NCBI GenBank assembly: GCA_041663005.1
Contig: JBAZRK010000002.1
Span: 128,740-192,739, forward strand
Source: Minisyncoccota bacterium
GTDB lineage: Bacteria; Patescibacteriota; Minisyncoccia; Phycocordibacterales; UBA9973
Direction of reading: 5' to 3'
Length of the DNA: 64,000 nt
Shown here: positions 36,510-45,462 of the stretch, in pieces
Numbering within the stretch: position 1 is the stretch's first letter
How the letters are laid out: the number at the start of each line of letters is the position of its first letter
Program-made: the position numbers and the translations under genes
Notes under the pieces: model-generated
The model's database searches: none
The model's input: only the letters and a program-made list of their open reading frames with translations
Told to the model about the DNA's origin: nothing

Positions 36510-37589
36510 ATGAGCATGGAAGAAGATATCCTTAAGAGAGATTTAAGTAAAGCAGAAACTCCAGAAGCGATTCAGGAGATTAAACAAAGCGCTGAGGATA
36601 TGGGAATAGATATTGAGAAGTTAGTTAATGAAAGACTCGCTGCTATTTCAACTAAAGCAGAAGTAGCAGAAACCACGACGCCTGGACAAGTCGCGCAGGT
36701 TGAAAGTATGGGCGGTTCTATGGACGAAATTGAAAAAAGAACTGAAGGGGTGGATCAAAAAATTGGGGAAGTAAAAGCCGAGGCGAGAGAAAGAATAGAA
36801 AAAGCTCAAGGAGAACAAAGTCCCGTAGAAGTTACTCAACAAAAAGAAAGTCCCGCAGACATTGCTTTGAAGCAAATTAGGGAGAAGTTGGATGCTGACA
36901 AAGATCTAAGGCAAAATAAAGTTGTAATTGACAATAAGCTCGTGGACATAGCAGAAATTACTGCTAATCCAGATTTAGTGAAACAAATAGATTGGACTCG
37001 CCCTGCCTCACTTAAAACAGCAGGGAGTCTTTTAGAGTCGGGAGTTGTTTCTTCTAAAGAAGTTCTTAAGGGTATAGCTAAACTCCAAATTACGGTCTTA
37101 GAAGATATCCCCATGGTTATCCTTAAAAGACTCAAAGAAGAGAATTCTTTGGATTTTACCCAAACCCTAGAGTCTATGATCGAGAAAAATAAAAGTGGTT
37201 TAAACGACTCACTTTTGGCGATAAGTTATGTTGCCAACATAGTTCGTATGCCAGGGTGGGGGGCGGCCACAAGCAAACTTGGTCTAAAAGACAACATTCT
37301 TAAAATTAGAGATAAATTTGTGGAGTCATCAAACAAAGATCCTGAAGCAATGATCAGAACAACAGAAGGGTTGCCGGCTCTTTTTGATGCTAGTGAAAGA
37401 AAGTTAGTAGAACGAGAAGATTTAATGCGTTGGTTAAAAGACGGGATGTCTTCGGAAGACATGAACATGCCAACCTTTCGTCTTTCAGTAAGAAAAATTC
37501 TTGATTTGGAAAGTAGGGGAAAAATTTCCACAGAAGAGGCGGAGGACATTATAAAAAATAACCCAAATTACCAAAAATATTTGGGTTAA
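36510..37589 (+). CDS. hypothetical cytoplasmic protein (359 aa, Glu/Lys-rich N-terminus)
   Basis: No TM segments and no recognizable motif. Confidence 0.45.
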   Translation: MSMEEDILKRDLSKAETPEAIQEIKQSAEDMGIDIEKLVNERLAAISTKAEVAETTTPGQVAQVESMGGSMDEIEKRTEGVDQKIGEVKAEARERIEKAQGEQSPVEVTQQKESPADIALKQIREKLDADKDLRQNKVVIDNKLVDIAEITANPDLVKQIDWTRPASLKTAGSLLESGVVSSKEVLKGIAKLQITVLEDIPMVILKRLKEENSLDFTQTLESMIEKNKSGLNDSLLAISYVANIVRMPGWGAATSKLGLKDNILKIRDKFVESSNKDPEAMIRTTEGLPALFDASERKLVEREDLMRWLKDGMSSEDMNMPTFRLSVRKILDLESRGKISTEEAEDIIKNNPNYQKYLG

Positions 37590-37640
37590 GAATTTCCCCA
37601 AGTAAGACAGAGCATTAATTGCTGAGGTAGCTCATGAGTT

Positions 37641-37832
37641 ATGGCAAGACCTACAAATTCAATTAGAAAAATATCACGGGTGGGGAGGGCGAAGTCTTTT
37701 GCGGTGGTAATACCCGTGGAGGTAATGCGCTCGCTCGGCTGGCGCGAGAGGCAGAGAGTCGTGGTTAAAAGGGTAGCCCGCGGGATTTCTATCACGGATG
37801 CAAAAACTAAAAAGAAGAAAACACTCGCTTAG
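37641..37832 (+). CDS. AbrB/MazE (SpoVT-AbrB) family DNA-binding protein, orphan
   Basis: 63 aa. The SFAVVIPVEVMRSLGWRERQRVVVKRV pattern is typical of the swapped-hairpin AbrB/MazE fold. No toxin partner adjacent. Confidence 0.45.
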   Translation: MARPTNSIRKISRVGRAKSFAVVIPVEVMRSLGWRERQRVVVKRVARGISITDAKTKKKKTLA

Positions 37833-37865
37833 CACTTTTGGACGGCCGTCAAATATGATAAGAGG

Positions 37866-38333
37866 ATGAAAAAAGAAACAGTAGTAATCCTGCATAACAT
37901 TCGAAGCGTGGAGAATGTCGGAGCGATGTTTCGCACGGCTGATGCGGCGGGGGTAGATAAGATTTATCTCGTTGGCTATACTCCGGCCCCCCTTGATAGG
38001 TTTGGCAGGAAAAGAAATGATTTGCATAAATCTGCCCTAGGAGCAGAAGAATTTGTGGCTTGGGAGCAAGCAAAAACTATTTCTTCCCTTATTTCTAAAT
38101 TTAAAAAACAGGGTTTCCAAATTATTGCCATTGAGCAGGATGAAAAATCCGTAGATTACCGAAAAGTTAAAATGAAAAATAAAAATGCATTCATTATGGG
38201 GGCGGAAGTGGAAGGCATACCCAAGAATGTTCTAAAAAAGTGCGACGTCATTGCCGAAATTCCTATGCGAGGTAAGAAAGAATCCCTCAATGTTTCTGTA
38301 GCATTCGGCGTAGTCATGTTCAGGGTTTTGTAG
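37866..38333 (+). CDS. SpoU/TrmH-family (SPOUT) RNA 2'-O-methyltransferase
   Basis: NVGAMFRTADAAG motif 1. C-terminal IPMRGKKESLNVSVAFGVVMF motif. Confidence 0.8.
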   Translation: MKKETVVILHNIRSVENVGAMFRTADAAGVDKIYLVGYTPAPLDRFGRKRNDLHKSALGAEEFVAWEQAKTISSLISKFKKQGFQIIAIEQDEKSVDYRKVKMKNKNAFIMGAEVEGIPKNVLKKCDVIAEIPMRGKKESLNVSVAFGVVMFRVL

Positions 38334-38534
38334 TTTTTAAGTACGGATATTTTTTTACTAAAAAATTCCTCGTGCTCGCGCCGCCGCGCTCGCAAGCCTC
38401 AAAAACTACAAAACTCTTCCCAAAAAAGCCTTAGAACAAAGTTTTTAAGGGGTTTCGAAGCTGACGAGCTGAGAACTTCAGGATTTTTTAAGCTTCAAAA
38501 AATCCGTACCGGCTAAAACTTTTGTTCTCAAGGC
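38334..38534. repeat. 200-bp intergenic region with nested long-range inverted repeats between convergent genes
   Basis: Outer arms GTACGGATATTTTTTT (38341) and AAAAAATCCGTAC (38502). Inner arms AGCCTTAGAACAAAGTTTT and AAAACTTTTGTTCTCAAGGCTTAG. A GC-rich CGCGCCGCCGCGCTCGC core. Confidence 0.4.
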
Positions 38535-39443
38535 TTAGTGTTGGCATTTTGGGCAGAAAATTGTGGTGCGGCTTTGAATTATTATTTTCCTAAGTGGTGT
38601 TTTACAGCGGAAACATTTTTCTCCGCTTTTGCCATAAACCTTATGCTCGCGAGCGTAGTTGCCTTGGCTCATATCGAGGAGACGGTAGGTGGCTACTGAG
38701 GACCCGCCGACTTTTATGGCCTGTTTCATAATTCGGATTATAGCAGTATGCAAAATCGCGGCTTCTTTCTTAGAAATTAAATTTGTCTGGCGCTCTGGAC
38801 GAATGCCGGCTTCAAACAAGCTTTCATCAGCATAAATATTCCCCAGACCAGTTACAATTTTTTGATCCATCAAGACGGCCTTAATCTTACCTTTTTTGTT
38901 TTTTAGAGCTTCGTATAAATATTCTGCAGTAAATTTCTTATCGAAAGGCTCCAAGCCCAAAAGCGCAAAATGATTTTCTTTTTCAAATGCTGCGAGCGTA
39001 GGGTAGTAGAGCACGTAGCCGAACATTCTGGTGTCGTTGTAATAAAGCGTGCCTTTTTCAAGCTCAAAAATAATATGCGTGTGCTTGTTCGGCAATTCCT
39101 TTTCAGAAAGTTCTATCGGATGCCCTCCAATAACACTGTCAAGGGTGCCCCTTGACAGTGTGGGTCTGTAAGCAAACTGCCCGGACATCTTAAGGTGGGT
39201 TAGAATTATTTTATTTTCACTTAATCTAAAAATTAAATTTTTTGCCCGGCGTTCTACAGCAGTAATTCTTGCTCCCTTGAGCCCTAGCGCGAATTCTCGT
39301 GTCTTGCGAGCATCAGCTTTCCGAATTGTGCCCTTGCCAGACACGAGCTTGGGCTTATGGACTTCTATCCGTAACACTTTTTGTCCGACGATTGCTTTCT
39401 CTAAACCCCGCTTTAAATTTTCTACTTCTGGCAATTCCGGCAT
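38535..39443 (-). CDS. mutM: formamidopyrimidine-DNA glycosylase
   Basis: N-terminal MPELPEVE. H2TH region. C-terminal zinc finger CFRC...CPKC. Confidence 0.9.
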   Translation of the reverse strand: MPELPEVENLKRGLEKAIVGQKVLRIEVHKPKLVSGKGTIRKADARKTREFALGLKGARITAVERRAKNLIFRLSENKIILTHLKMSGQFAYRPTLSRGTLDSVIGGHPIELSEKELPNKHTHIIFELEKGTLYYNDTRMFGYVLYYPTLAAFEKENHFALLGLEPFDKKFTAEYLYEALKNKKGKIKAVLMDQKIVTGLGNIYADESLFEAGIRPERQTNLISKKEAAILHTAIIRIMKQAIKVGGSSVATYRLLDMSQGNYAREHKVYGKSGEKCFRCKTPLRKIIIQSRTTIFCPKCQH

Positions 39444-40009
39444 TATTTTCCTCCTAAAATTTTGAGAGCTTCGCGAATTTTAGCGTTAGTGTTGGATTCA
39501 GGAGAAGTTTGTTTCAAAGCTTCACGAGCTTCGTTTTGAGAATAGCCGAGAGATTTCAAAGCTTCCAGCGCATCGAGTTCGTCTTTTAATGAGCCGCCGT
39601 CTTTTTCTTCCCCGATTTTATCCCTCAACTCGATGACAATTTTCTCTGCTGTTTTTCTGCCGATGCCGGAAATTTTCGTAAGGTAGCTCGTGTCTCCAGT
39701 GCCTATGGCGCGACGCAATGTGTCGATGGAAGCAATTCCAAGTATTGCCAAGGCAGAGCGGGGGCCAATACCAGAAACATTCAAAAGCATTTCAAAGAAG
39801 TTCAAATCTTCCAAATTTAAAAATCCATATAAATCTAGTGCATCTTCGCGGACGTGAGTGTGAATAAAGAGAAAAATTTCGCCGTCAGCCTTTGGCGCTT
39901 TGGAAAGCACGTCAGGGGAGACGCTCACCTTATAACCCACCCCGCCGGCCTCTACAATTAAGAATTTATCAGTCTTTAAGACTATTTTCCCCCTTAAGCT
40001 TCCAATCAT
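39443..40009 (-). CDS. ruvA: Holliday junction DNA helicase RuvA
   Basis: MIGSLRGKI N-terminus. HhH motifs (GIGPRSALAIL, GIGRKTAEKIV). Confidence 0.9.
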   Translation of the reverse strand: MIGSLRGKIVLKTDKFLIVEAGGVGYKVSVSPDVLSKAPKADGEIFLFIHTHVREDALDLYGFLNLEDLNFFEMLLNVSGIGPRSALAILGIASIDTLRRAIGTGDTSYLTKISGIGRKTAEKIVIELRDKIGEEKDGGSLKDELDALEALKSLGYSQNEAREALKQTSPESNTNAKIREALKILGGK

Positions 40010-40062
40010 AAGATAATCATATCATATTTGCCTTTTCGCGTCTTTTCTGGTAGATTACACCT

Positions 40063-40314
40063 ATGCCAATAACAAAATCAGCCAAAAAAGCAATCCGAGT
40101 ATCCGGCCGCAAGAAGGCTCAAAACGACCTCCGAAAGAAGGTAATGAAGGAGCTCGTTAAAAAGATAGAGAAATTAGCCAAAACAGACAAGGCGGCAGCA
40201 GCCAAGCTTCTCTCTAGCGCTTTCCAGTCCATAGACAAGAGCGCCAAGAAAGGAGTTATCAAGAAGAACAACGCCGCTCGCAAGAAATCCAGATTGTCTA
40301 AACTAGTTAAATAA
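40063..40314 (+). CDS. rpsT: 30S ribosomal protein S20
   Basis: 83 aa, Lys/Ala-rich (MPITKSAKKAIRVS...). Confidence 0.9.
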   Translation: MPITKSAKKAIRVSGRKKAQNDLRKKVMKELVKKIEKLAKTDKAAAAKLLSSAFQSIDKSAKKGVIKKNNAARKKSRLSKLVK

Positions 40315-40320
40315 AAACAA

Positions 40321-40342
40321 AAAGCCCCTCGCGGGGCTTTTT
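40321..40342. terminator. bidirectional rho-independent terminator between rpsT and cspA
   Basis: AAAGCCCCTCGCGGGGCTTTTT. Confidence 0.7.
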
Positions 40343-40354
40343 GTTTGGTTGAGG

Positions 40355-40552
40355 TTACGCTCGTTGTACGTTCGTAGCATTCAATCCTTTTGGAGATTCC
40401 TCTGTTTCGAAAGAAACAGTATCACCTTCCTTGAGCTCGTCAAAAGTTACGCCAACTAGAGAGTTCGAGTGAAAGAATAAATCTTTCGCAAGGCCTTCTC
40501 CGGTTATGAAGCCGAAACCTTTATCAGTGAGCCTTTTTATAGTACCAGTCAT
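40355..40552 (-). CDS. cspA: cold-shock protein (CspA family)
   Basis: 65 aa with GTIKRLTDKGFGFIT and FFHSN RNP motifs. Confidence 0.9.
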   Translation of the reverse strand: MTGTIKRLTDKGFGFITGEGLAKDLFFHSNSLVGVTFDELKEGDTVSFETEESPKGLNATNVQRA

Positions 40553-40714
40553 TGATTGTTTTGTTTAGATTTTTAAATACAAATAGATACACGCAAGAAA
40601 TCGACTCTAAATTACTCTTCTTCTACCTACTTTGTCTACTAAGTATAGCATATATGATCCTCATTTGTCAAGCGAATTGGCTATTTTGCCTTAAATAAGC
40701 TAATGTAAAACCTA

Positions 40715-42190
40715 ATGGATACAATAGTTAGATTTGATAAAGTCTCATTCGAATGGGGCGTAAATAAGCCTATTTTAGACGAGGTAAGCTTCAGTATTAA
40801 AAGAGGCACCAAGTTTACCTTGATGGGCCAGAATGGGGCTGGGAAAAGCACCATTTTTGGATTGATTTCTGGAACGAGCACCCCAGAGTCTGGGGTTATA
40901 AACGTGGTTAAGGGAGTAAGCATCGCTTCCGCTAGGCAAGTCATTCCGCGCGACGAGCTCGACCTTAGCGTCCGCGAATTTTTCGAAAAATGTTTCCTAA
41001 ATAAAACATCAGAAAAAGTTTATGATATTGATCCGCGGATTGATGAAATTTTAGAAGTTGTAAATTTGAGGGGCCACGAGAAAGTGCACGACAGGAAAAT
41101 TAAAAGTTTTTCTGGCGGACAGCAGGCGCGATTGCTCTTGGCCTCCGCCCTCATCCAAGACCCCGATTTATTACTCCTAGACGAGCCGACCAACAATCTA
41201 GACAAAGCTGGGATTGCACACCTTACGCAATATCTCAAAAATTATAAAAAAACAGTTCTAGTGATTTCTCACGATGCTGAATTCTTGAACGCCTTTACTG
41301 AAGGAGTGCTTTACTTGGATGTTTATACCAAAAAGATAGAACAATATGTTGGCAACTATTTCAACGTGGTGAAGGACATTACTGCCAGAGTTGAGAAAGA
41401 AAATATGAAGAATGCCCAGCTCGAGAAAGAAATTCAGGCCAAGAAAGACCAGGCGAACGTCTTCGCTCACAAGGGAGGACGGCTACGCCTCGTGGCCAGG
41501 CGAATGCGCGAGAAAGCGGAAGAGCTCGAAGGGGAGATTGTGGAAGTGCGCAAAGAAGATAAATCGATTCGGCCTTTCGTGATCCCTGCCCAGCCTGATT
41601 TAATCGGAGAGATTTTAAATATTTCCTCTTTTACTACAATGCAAAAAGGCAAAATAGTAAAACGCAAAGCGAGCGTATCTTTAAATAAAAATAAACACTT
41701 ACTTTTACAGGGCCCTAACGGCATCGGTAAAACTACTTTGCTTGAGAGGCTGGCGAGCGGCCACGCTGAAGGCGAGACGGTCAAAAGTGGCACCCGCATA
41801 GGGTACTACCGGCAGGATTTCTCGACGCTTAACTTTAACCACACGGTGTACGACTCTCTCGCGGAGGCAATGCTTGAAGGAGGGGAGAGACTGGACGAAG
41901 AGCGGATGCGAGCCATAGCAGCAGGATTCTTAATTACGGGAGAATTTATTCGTACTAAAATCGGCAGTCTGTCAGAAGGGCAGAAGGGCCTTGTAGCTTT
42001 CGCGCGACTGGTCCTTCAAAAGCCAGGATTGCTAATCCTGGACGAACCGACCAACCATATCAATTTCCGTCATTTACCGATAATTGCCAAAGCCCTCGAT
42101 GAGTACAAAGGGGCAATGATTTTGGTATCGCACGTACCCGAGTTCGTAAAACAAATTAGGATTGACGAAGTACTTGATCTAGAAAAGTAG
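40715..42190 (+). CDS. ABC-F family ATPase (tandem ABC domains, no TM; ribosome-associated EttA/Uup-like)
   Basis: GQNGAGKST and GPNGIGKTT Walker A motifs. LSGGQQ signature. Inter-domain linker. Confidence 0.85.
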   Translation: MDTIVRFDKVSFEWGVNKPILDEVSFSIKRGTKFTLMGQNGAGKSTIFGLISGTSTPESGVINVVKGVSIASARQVIPRDELDLSVREFFEKCFLNKTSEKVYDIDPRIDEILEVVNLRGHEKVHDRKIKSFSGGQQARLLLASALIQDPDLLLLDEPTNNLDKAGIAHLTQYLKNYKKTVLVISHDAEFLNAFTEGVLYLDVYTKKIEQYVGNYFNVVKDITARVEKENMKNAQLEKEIQAKKDQANVFAHKGGRLRLVARRMREKAEELEGEIVEVRKEDKSIRPFVIPAQPDLIGEILNISSFTTMQKGKIVKRKASVSLNKNKHLLLQGPNGIGKTTLLERLASGHAEGETVKSGTRIGYYRQDFSTLNFNHTVYDSLAEAMLEGGERLDEERMRAIAAGFLITGEFIRTKIGSLSEGQKGLVAFARLVLQKPGLLILDEPTNHINFRHLPIIAKALDEYKGAMILVSHVPEFVKQIRIDEVLDLEK

Positions 42191-42827
42191 ATAATTCTTC
42201 GCCCTTAATTTCTCGTAAGCCTCCGGGCTTTAAGGTTCCAAGTTTGATATTCATTATTCTTTCACGTTTCAAGTCGGCAATTTCTTGGAAGAGCGCGGCG
42301 CACATTCTGCGAATTTGATGCTTCTTGCCTTCGGTAAGAATAATTTTGAAAGTAGAAGGAGCGATGACGTTCACTTTGCACTTTTTCGTAACATAACCCT
42401 CAATGTTCACCCCTTTCTCCATTTTCGCTTTGAAGCTTCCACGCAGCTTTTCTTTGGTTCGAACTACATATTCTTTTTCGTGAAAATATTTTGGATTTAA
42501 GAGTTGGTCAGTGATGCGTCCGTCGTTCGTGAGGATTAACAAACCGTGGGAATTCTTGTCGAGTCTGCCTAGGGGGAAGAGGTCACTCCGCGGAGAGTTG
42601 GTCTCCAGGCCTATCGGTTTATAGTAAGCGAAATAAGAATAGGCGTTGGGCTTCTGGCCTTTAATTTCCACTACGTCTGCTTCTTCTACTTTGCTCCCCA
42701 GTACGGCGAGCTTCTTGTTGATGAACACCTTCTTGTTTTTTATAAGCTCATCAGCCCCTCTCCTAGTTGAAATCTTTTTCAAGGCGAGGTATTTGTTGAT
42801 TCGCATCGGATATGTATTTTCGTCCAT
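42156..42827 (-). CDS. RsuA/RluB-family pseudouridine synthase with N-terminal S4 domain
   Basis: S4 domain (MRINKYLAL...). Catalytic GRLDKNSHGLLILTNDG. Confidence 0.8.
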   Translation of the reverse strand: MDENTYPMRINKYLALKKISTRRGADELIKNKKVFINKKLAVLGSKVEEADVVEIKGQKPNAYSYFAYYKPIGLETNSPRSDLFPLGRLDKNSHGLLILTNDGRITDQLLNPKYFHEKEYVVRTKEKLRGSFKAKMEKGVNIEGYVTKKCKVNVIAPSTFKIILTEGKKHQIRRMCAALFQEIADLKRERIMNIKLGTLKPGGLREIKGEELSTFLDQVLRQS

Positions 42828-42840
42828 AAATTAAATATAC

Positions 42841-42880
42841 CCCCACACCTATTTTTTCCCTAATGGGAATAGGTGTGGGG
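42841..42880 (-). terminator. long near-perfect hairpin downstream of the giant surface-protein gene
   Basis: CCCCACACCTATTTTTTCCC-TAA-TGGGAATAGGTGTGGGG, an 18-bp stem. Confidence 0.6.
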
Positions 42881-42906
42881 GTATACCACAGTTCTGTGTG
42901 TTTTTT

Positions 42907-45204
42907 TTAATGATGCTCTACCGTGGTTACGGTTTTCTTTGTAAATGGGTCGCCTCCGCTGACTAAATGTTTCGCCAAGAGGACAAGAAGCAAGATTAGA
43001 ATGATGAGGAGTAACCATCCGAAGAGACTGCCCGGCCAGAATGCACCGGAGAGGAAGGCCGCTGCTCCCAAAGATGTCCTCGTGTTTACAACTTCCTGAT
43101 CCGTATTCCAAACCTGGGCAGATACATTGGCGCTCACTGTCTGCGGATAACCGGCAGGGTCGATATAAGAAAGGGTTGCCGGGAAGTTGAGTAGAGCTCC
43201 TGGAGGGGCATCGTTACGAACGAGAACCCTTACTGTTACAGTGCCGGAGCCATTAGCTGCGAGTGTCCCCAAGTTAAAGATTAAAGTATTGCCGGAAATT
43301 ACAGGGTTGTTCGGAGTGGAGTATCGATAAACGACTTCGTACGGAAGGTCAAGCCTTAGTACCAAATTCTTTATCGAGCCGGTTCCTATGTTTTGATAAT
43401 TTACGGTGTAAGTTATCTCGTCTCCTGGTCGTGGGCGAGTGTTGTCGAGAGTAGGCACTATCGGCTGGTTGCGGTCGATTGAAGAGTTGATTACAACCAG
43501 TGAAGTTGCAGGTGGAGGCGTAGGACCGCCGGTTGTTGGGCGACGTACGGCTATGGTTACCGAGTCAGTATCGGAACCGAAATTGTTGAAACAAGTGAGT
43601 GTGAAGGTGCGAGAAGAAGAAAGGGAGCCGGTGTAGAACGAACCCGGGCCGATGCTCTTTACTCCCGCCCATCCTGCTGATCCGCCAGAAGCCTGGCAAG
43701 ATGTGGCGCCTACTGCGCTCCAGCGAACGAATGTTGCGCCGTTATAAGCAAGGCTCGTACTGTCTGCGTAAAGGATAACAGTCGGAGCGCTACCTGTAGG
43801 AACAGGTGTGAAATATCGGCAAGGCAGGGAACCGCCGTAGTTTAGCGCGCTAGTGTCGCGACACTCTCTGTTGGTGGTGTTATTGTTGTCGTCTGTTCGG
43901 AAAGATAGAACGCTACCATAGTCCGTGCCATATGCATTTCTAGCTACGGCGCGGAAATAGTAAACAGTGTCTTCTCGGAGTCCGTCAATTTGGTCATCGA
44001 AGTCATCTGTGCCGGAGCCAGTTGATATTTCATCTGTTTCTTCACCGTCACCATCTTCGACGTCGTTCCTGTCTCGTCCGTATTCAAACCAAACTCGAGT
44101 AGAAGAACCATTGCCGTCTACTTCTCCGCGGAGAGTAGCTTCTTCATCGTCAATATCTGTTGCGCTTCGAGTGGTGACGTCAGGCTTTTGATTGTCGCCA
44201 TCGTCGTTGCCACCAACGGTTACAGCTACGGAGTCAGTAGCTGACTGACCGCTGTTGTTGTAGCACCTGATAGTGTAATACTTGTTGACATATAAAGGTC
44301 CGACAACTTGGCTACCGCCGGAAGCGCTGACGCTACCTGACCAGTCGCCCGAAGCAGTACAGGAAGTTGCGTGTGCAACGGTCCATATCAAAGTAGTTAC
44401 GTCCCCGTAATCAATACTTGCATCGCTGGCGCGGAGATCAACGGTAGGGGCATCGTCTTGTGGTTGCCCAGTAACATTTACAGTTACAGAATCGCTTGCA
44501 GAGCCACCGCTACCGGTACAGGTAATGGTATAGCTTTTTGTGCTGGTTAAGCTTCCTGTGCTCTCGCTTCTGTTGCTGCCAGTTGCTTTGCTTCCTGACC
44601 ACGCACCAGATGCGGTACACGAAGTTGCGTTGGTTGAAGTCCATCGTAGAGTTGTGCTCTGTCCGTAGTCGAGGCTAGTATCATCTGCGGTAAGGTTTAC
44701 AGTAGGGGAATATGTTTGAGTGTATCGGCAAGGATAACCGGTGTGGTAATTATTTGCATCAGGGTCCTGACAAGTCTGAGTCGGCGTAGGATAATGACAG
44801 GGATACCCAGTGTGATAGTTGTCTGCGTCTGGGTCCTGACAAGTTTGAGTAACAGCATTTACGTACACTGTTGCTGTTCCTGTGCCGTACCCGCCATCAT
44901 TGTTGCTCATCGTGATGGTGTAAGTAGTTGTCTTGGAAGGGGAAACAGTTTTGCTTCCTGAAGGCGCAACAGAACCTATGCCCGGGCTTATGGAAATGCT
45001 GGTTGCGTTAAAAGAATTCCACTTGATCTGGGTGGATTCACCTTGGTCTATTGTGTCTGGGGTTGCGATTATTGAACCCGACACTAAAGTTTCGGCTCGA
45101 GCTTGCTGTGAGCTAATTCCGACTAATCCTAAAACAACTGCAAACAAGGCGAAAATAGCTAGTTTTGTGAAACTCTTTAGATATGGTGTTTTTTGGCCGT
45201 TCAT
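42907..45204 (-). CDS. large secreted, C-terminally membrane-anchored repeat protein (surface/adhesin-like)
   Basis: 765 aa. Signal peptide. Repeated roughly 90-aa beta domains (…TTLRWTSTNATSCTASGAWSGS…; …CTASGDWSGSV…). Tandem 21-aa Cys motif TQTCQDPDA(D/N)NYHTGYPC(H/R)Y x2 plus a third degenerate copy. DUF11-like domain. C-terminal TM LLLIILILLLVLLA. Confidence 0.7.
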   Translation of the reverse strand: MNGQKTPYLKSFTKLAIFALFAVVLGLVGISSQQARAETLVSGSIIATPDTIDQGESTQIKWNSFNATSISISPGIGSVAPSGSKTVSPSKTTTYTITMSNNDGGYGTGTATVYVNAVTQTCQDPDADNYHTGYPCHYPTPTQTCQDPDANNYHTGYPCRYTQTYSPTVNLTADDTSLDYGQSTTLRWTSTNATSCTASGAWSGSKATGSNRSESTGSLTSTKSYTITCTGSGGSASDSVTVNVTGQPQDDAPTVDLRASDASIDYGDVTTLIWTVAHATSCTASGDWSGSVSASGGSQVVGPLYVNKYYTIRCYNNSGQSATDSVAVTVGGNDDGDNQKPDVTTRSATDIDDEEATLRGEVDGNGSSTRVWFEYGRDRNDVEDGDGEETDEISTGSGTDDFDDQIDGLREDTVYYFRAVARNAYGTDYGSVLSFRTDDNNNTTNRECRDTSALNYGGSLPCRYFTPVPTGSAPTVILYADSTSLAYNGATFVRWSAVGATSCQASGGSAGWAGVKSIGPGSFYTGSLSSSRTFTLTCFNNFGSDTDSVTIAVRRPTTGGPTPPPATSLVVINSSIDRNQPIVPTLDNTRPRPGDEITYTVNYQNIGTGSIKNLVLRLDLPYEVVYRYSTPNNPVISGNTLIFNLGTLAANGSGTVTVRVLVRNDAPPGALLNFPATLSYIDPAGYPQTVSANVSAQVWNTDQEVVNTRTSLGAAAFLSGAFWPGSLFGWLLLIILILLLVLLAKHLVSGGDPFTKKTVTTVEHH

Positions 45205-45462
45205 AATATTTATTGCTACTTATAATTTTCCCAAATAATTAATAAAAATTTTATATGCATATTGTATCATATTATAATTTAATGTCAATACCCTAACCCA
45301 TCTACCGACAAATGCCGTCCAAATCTCAAAACCATTACGTTGAGCTGGACTTTACTATAAAAAATTAAAAAATCAATATAAAAAGATAAAGGGGGGTCAT
45401 CGAGCGAACTCGACAACCCCCAGCGATACTTCCGAAACTACAGAGATGTGAAAGAACAAGTC

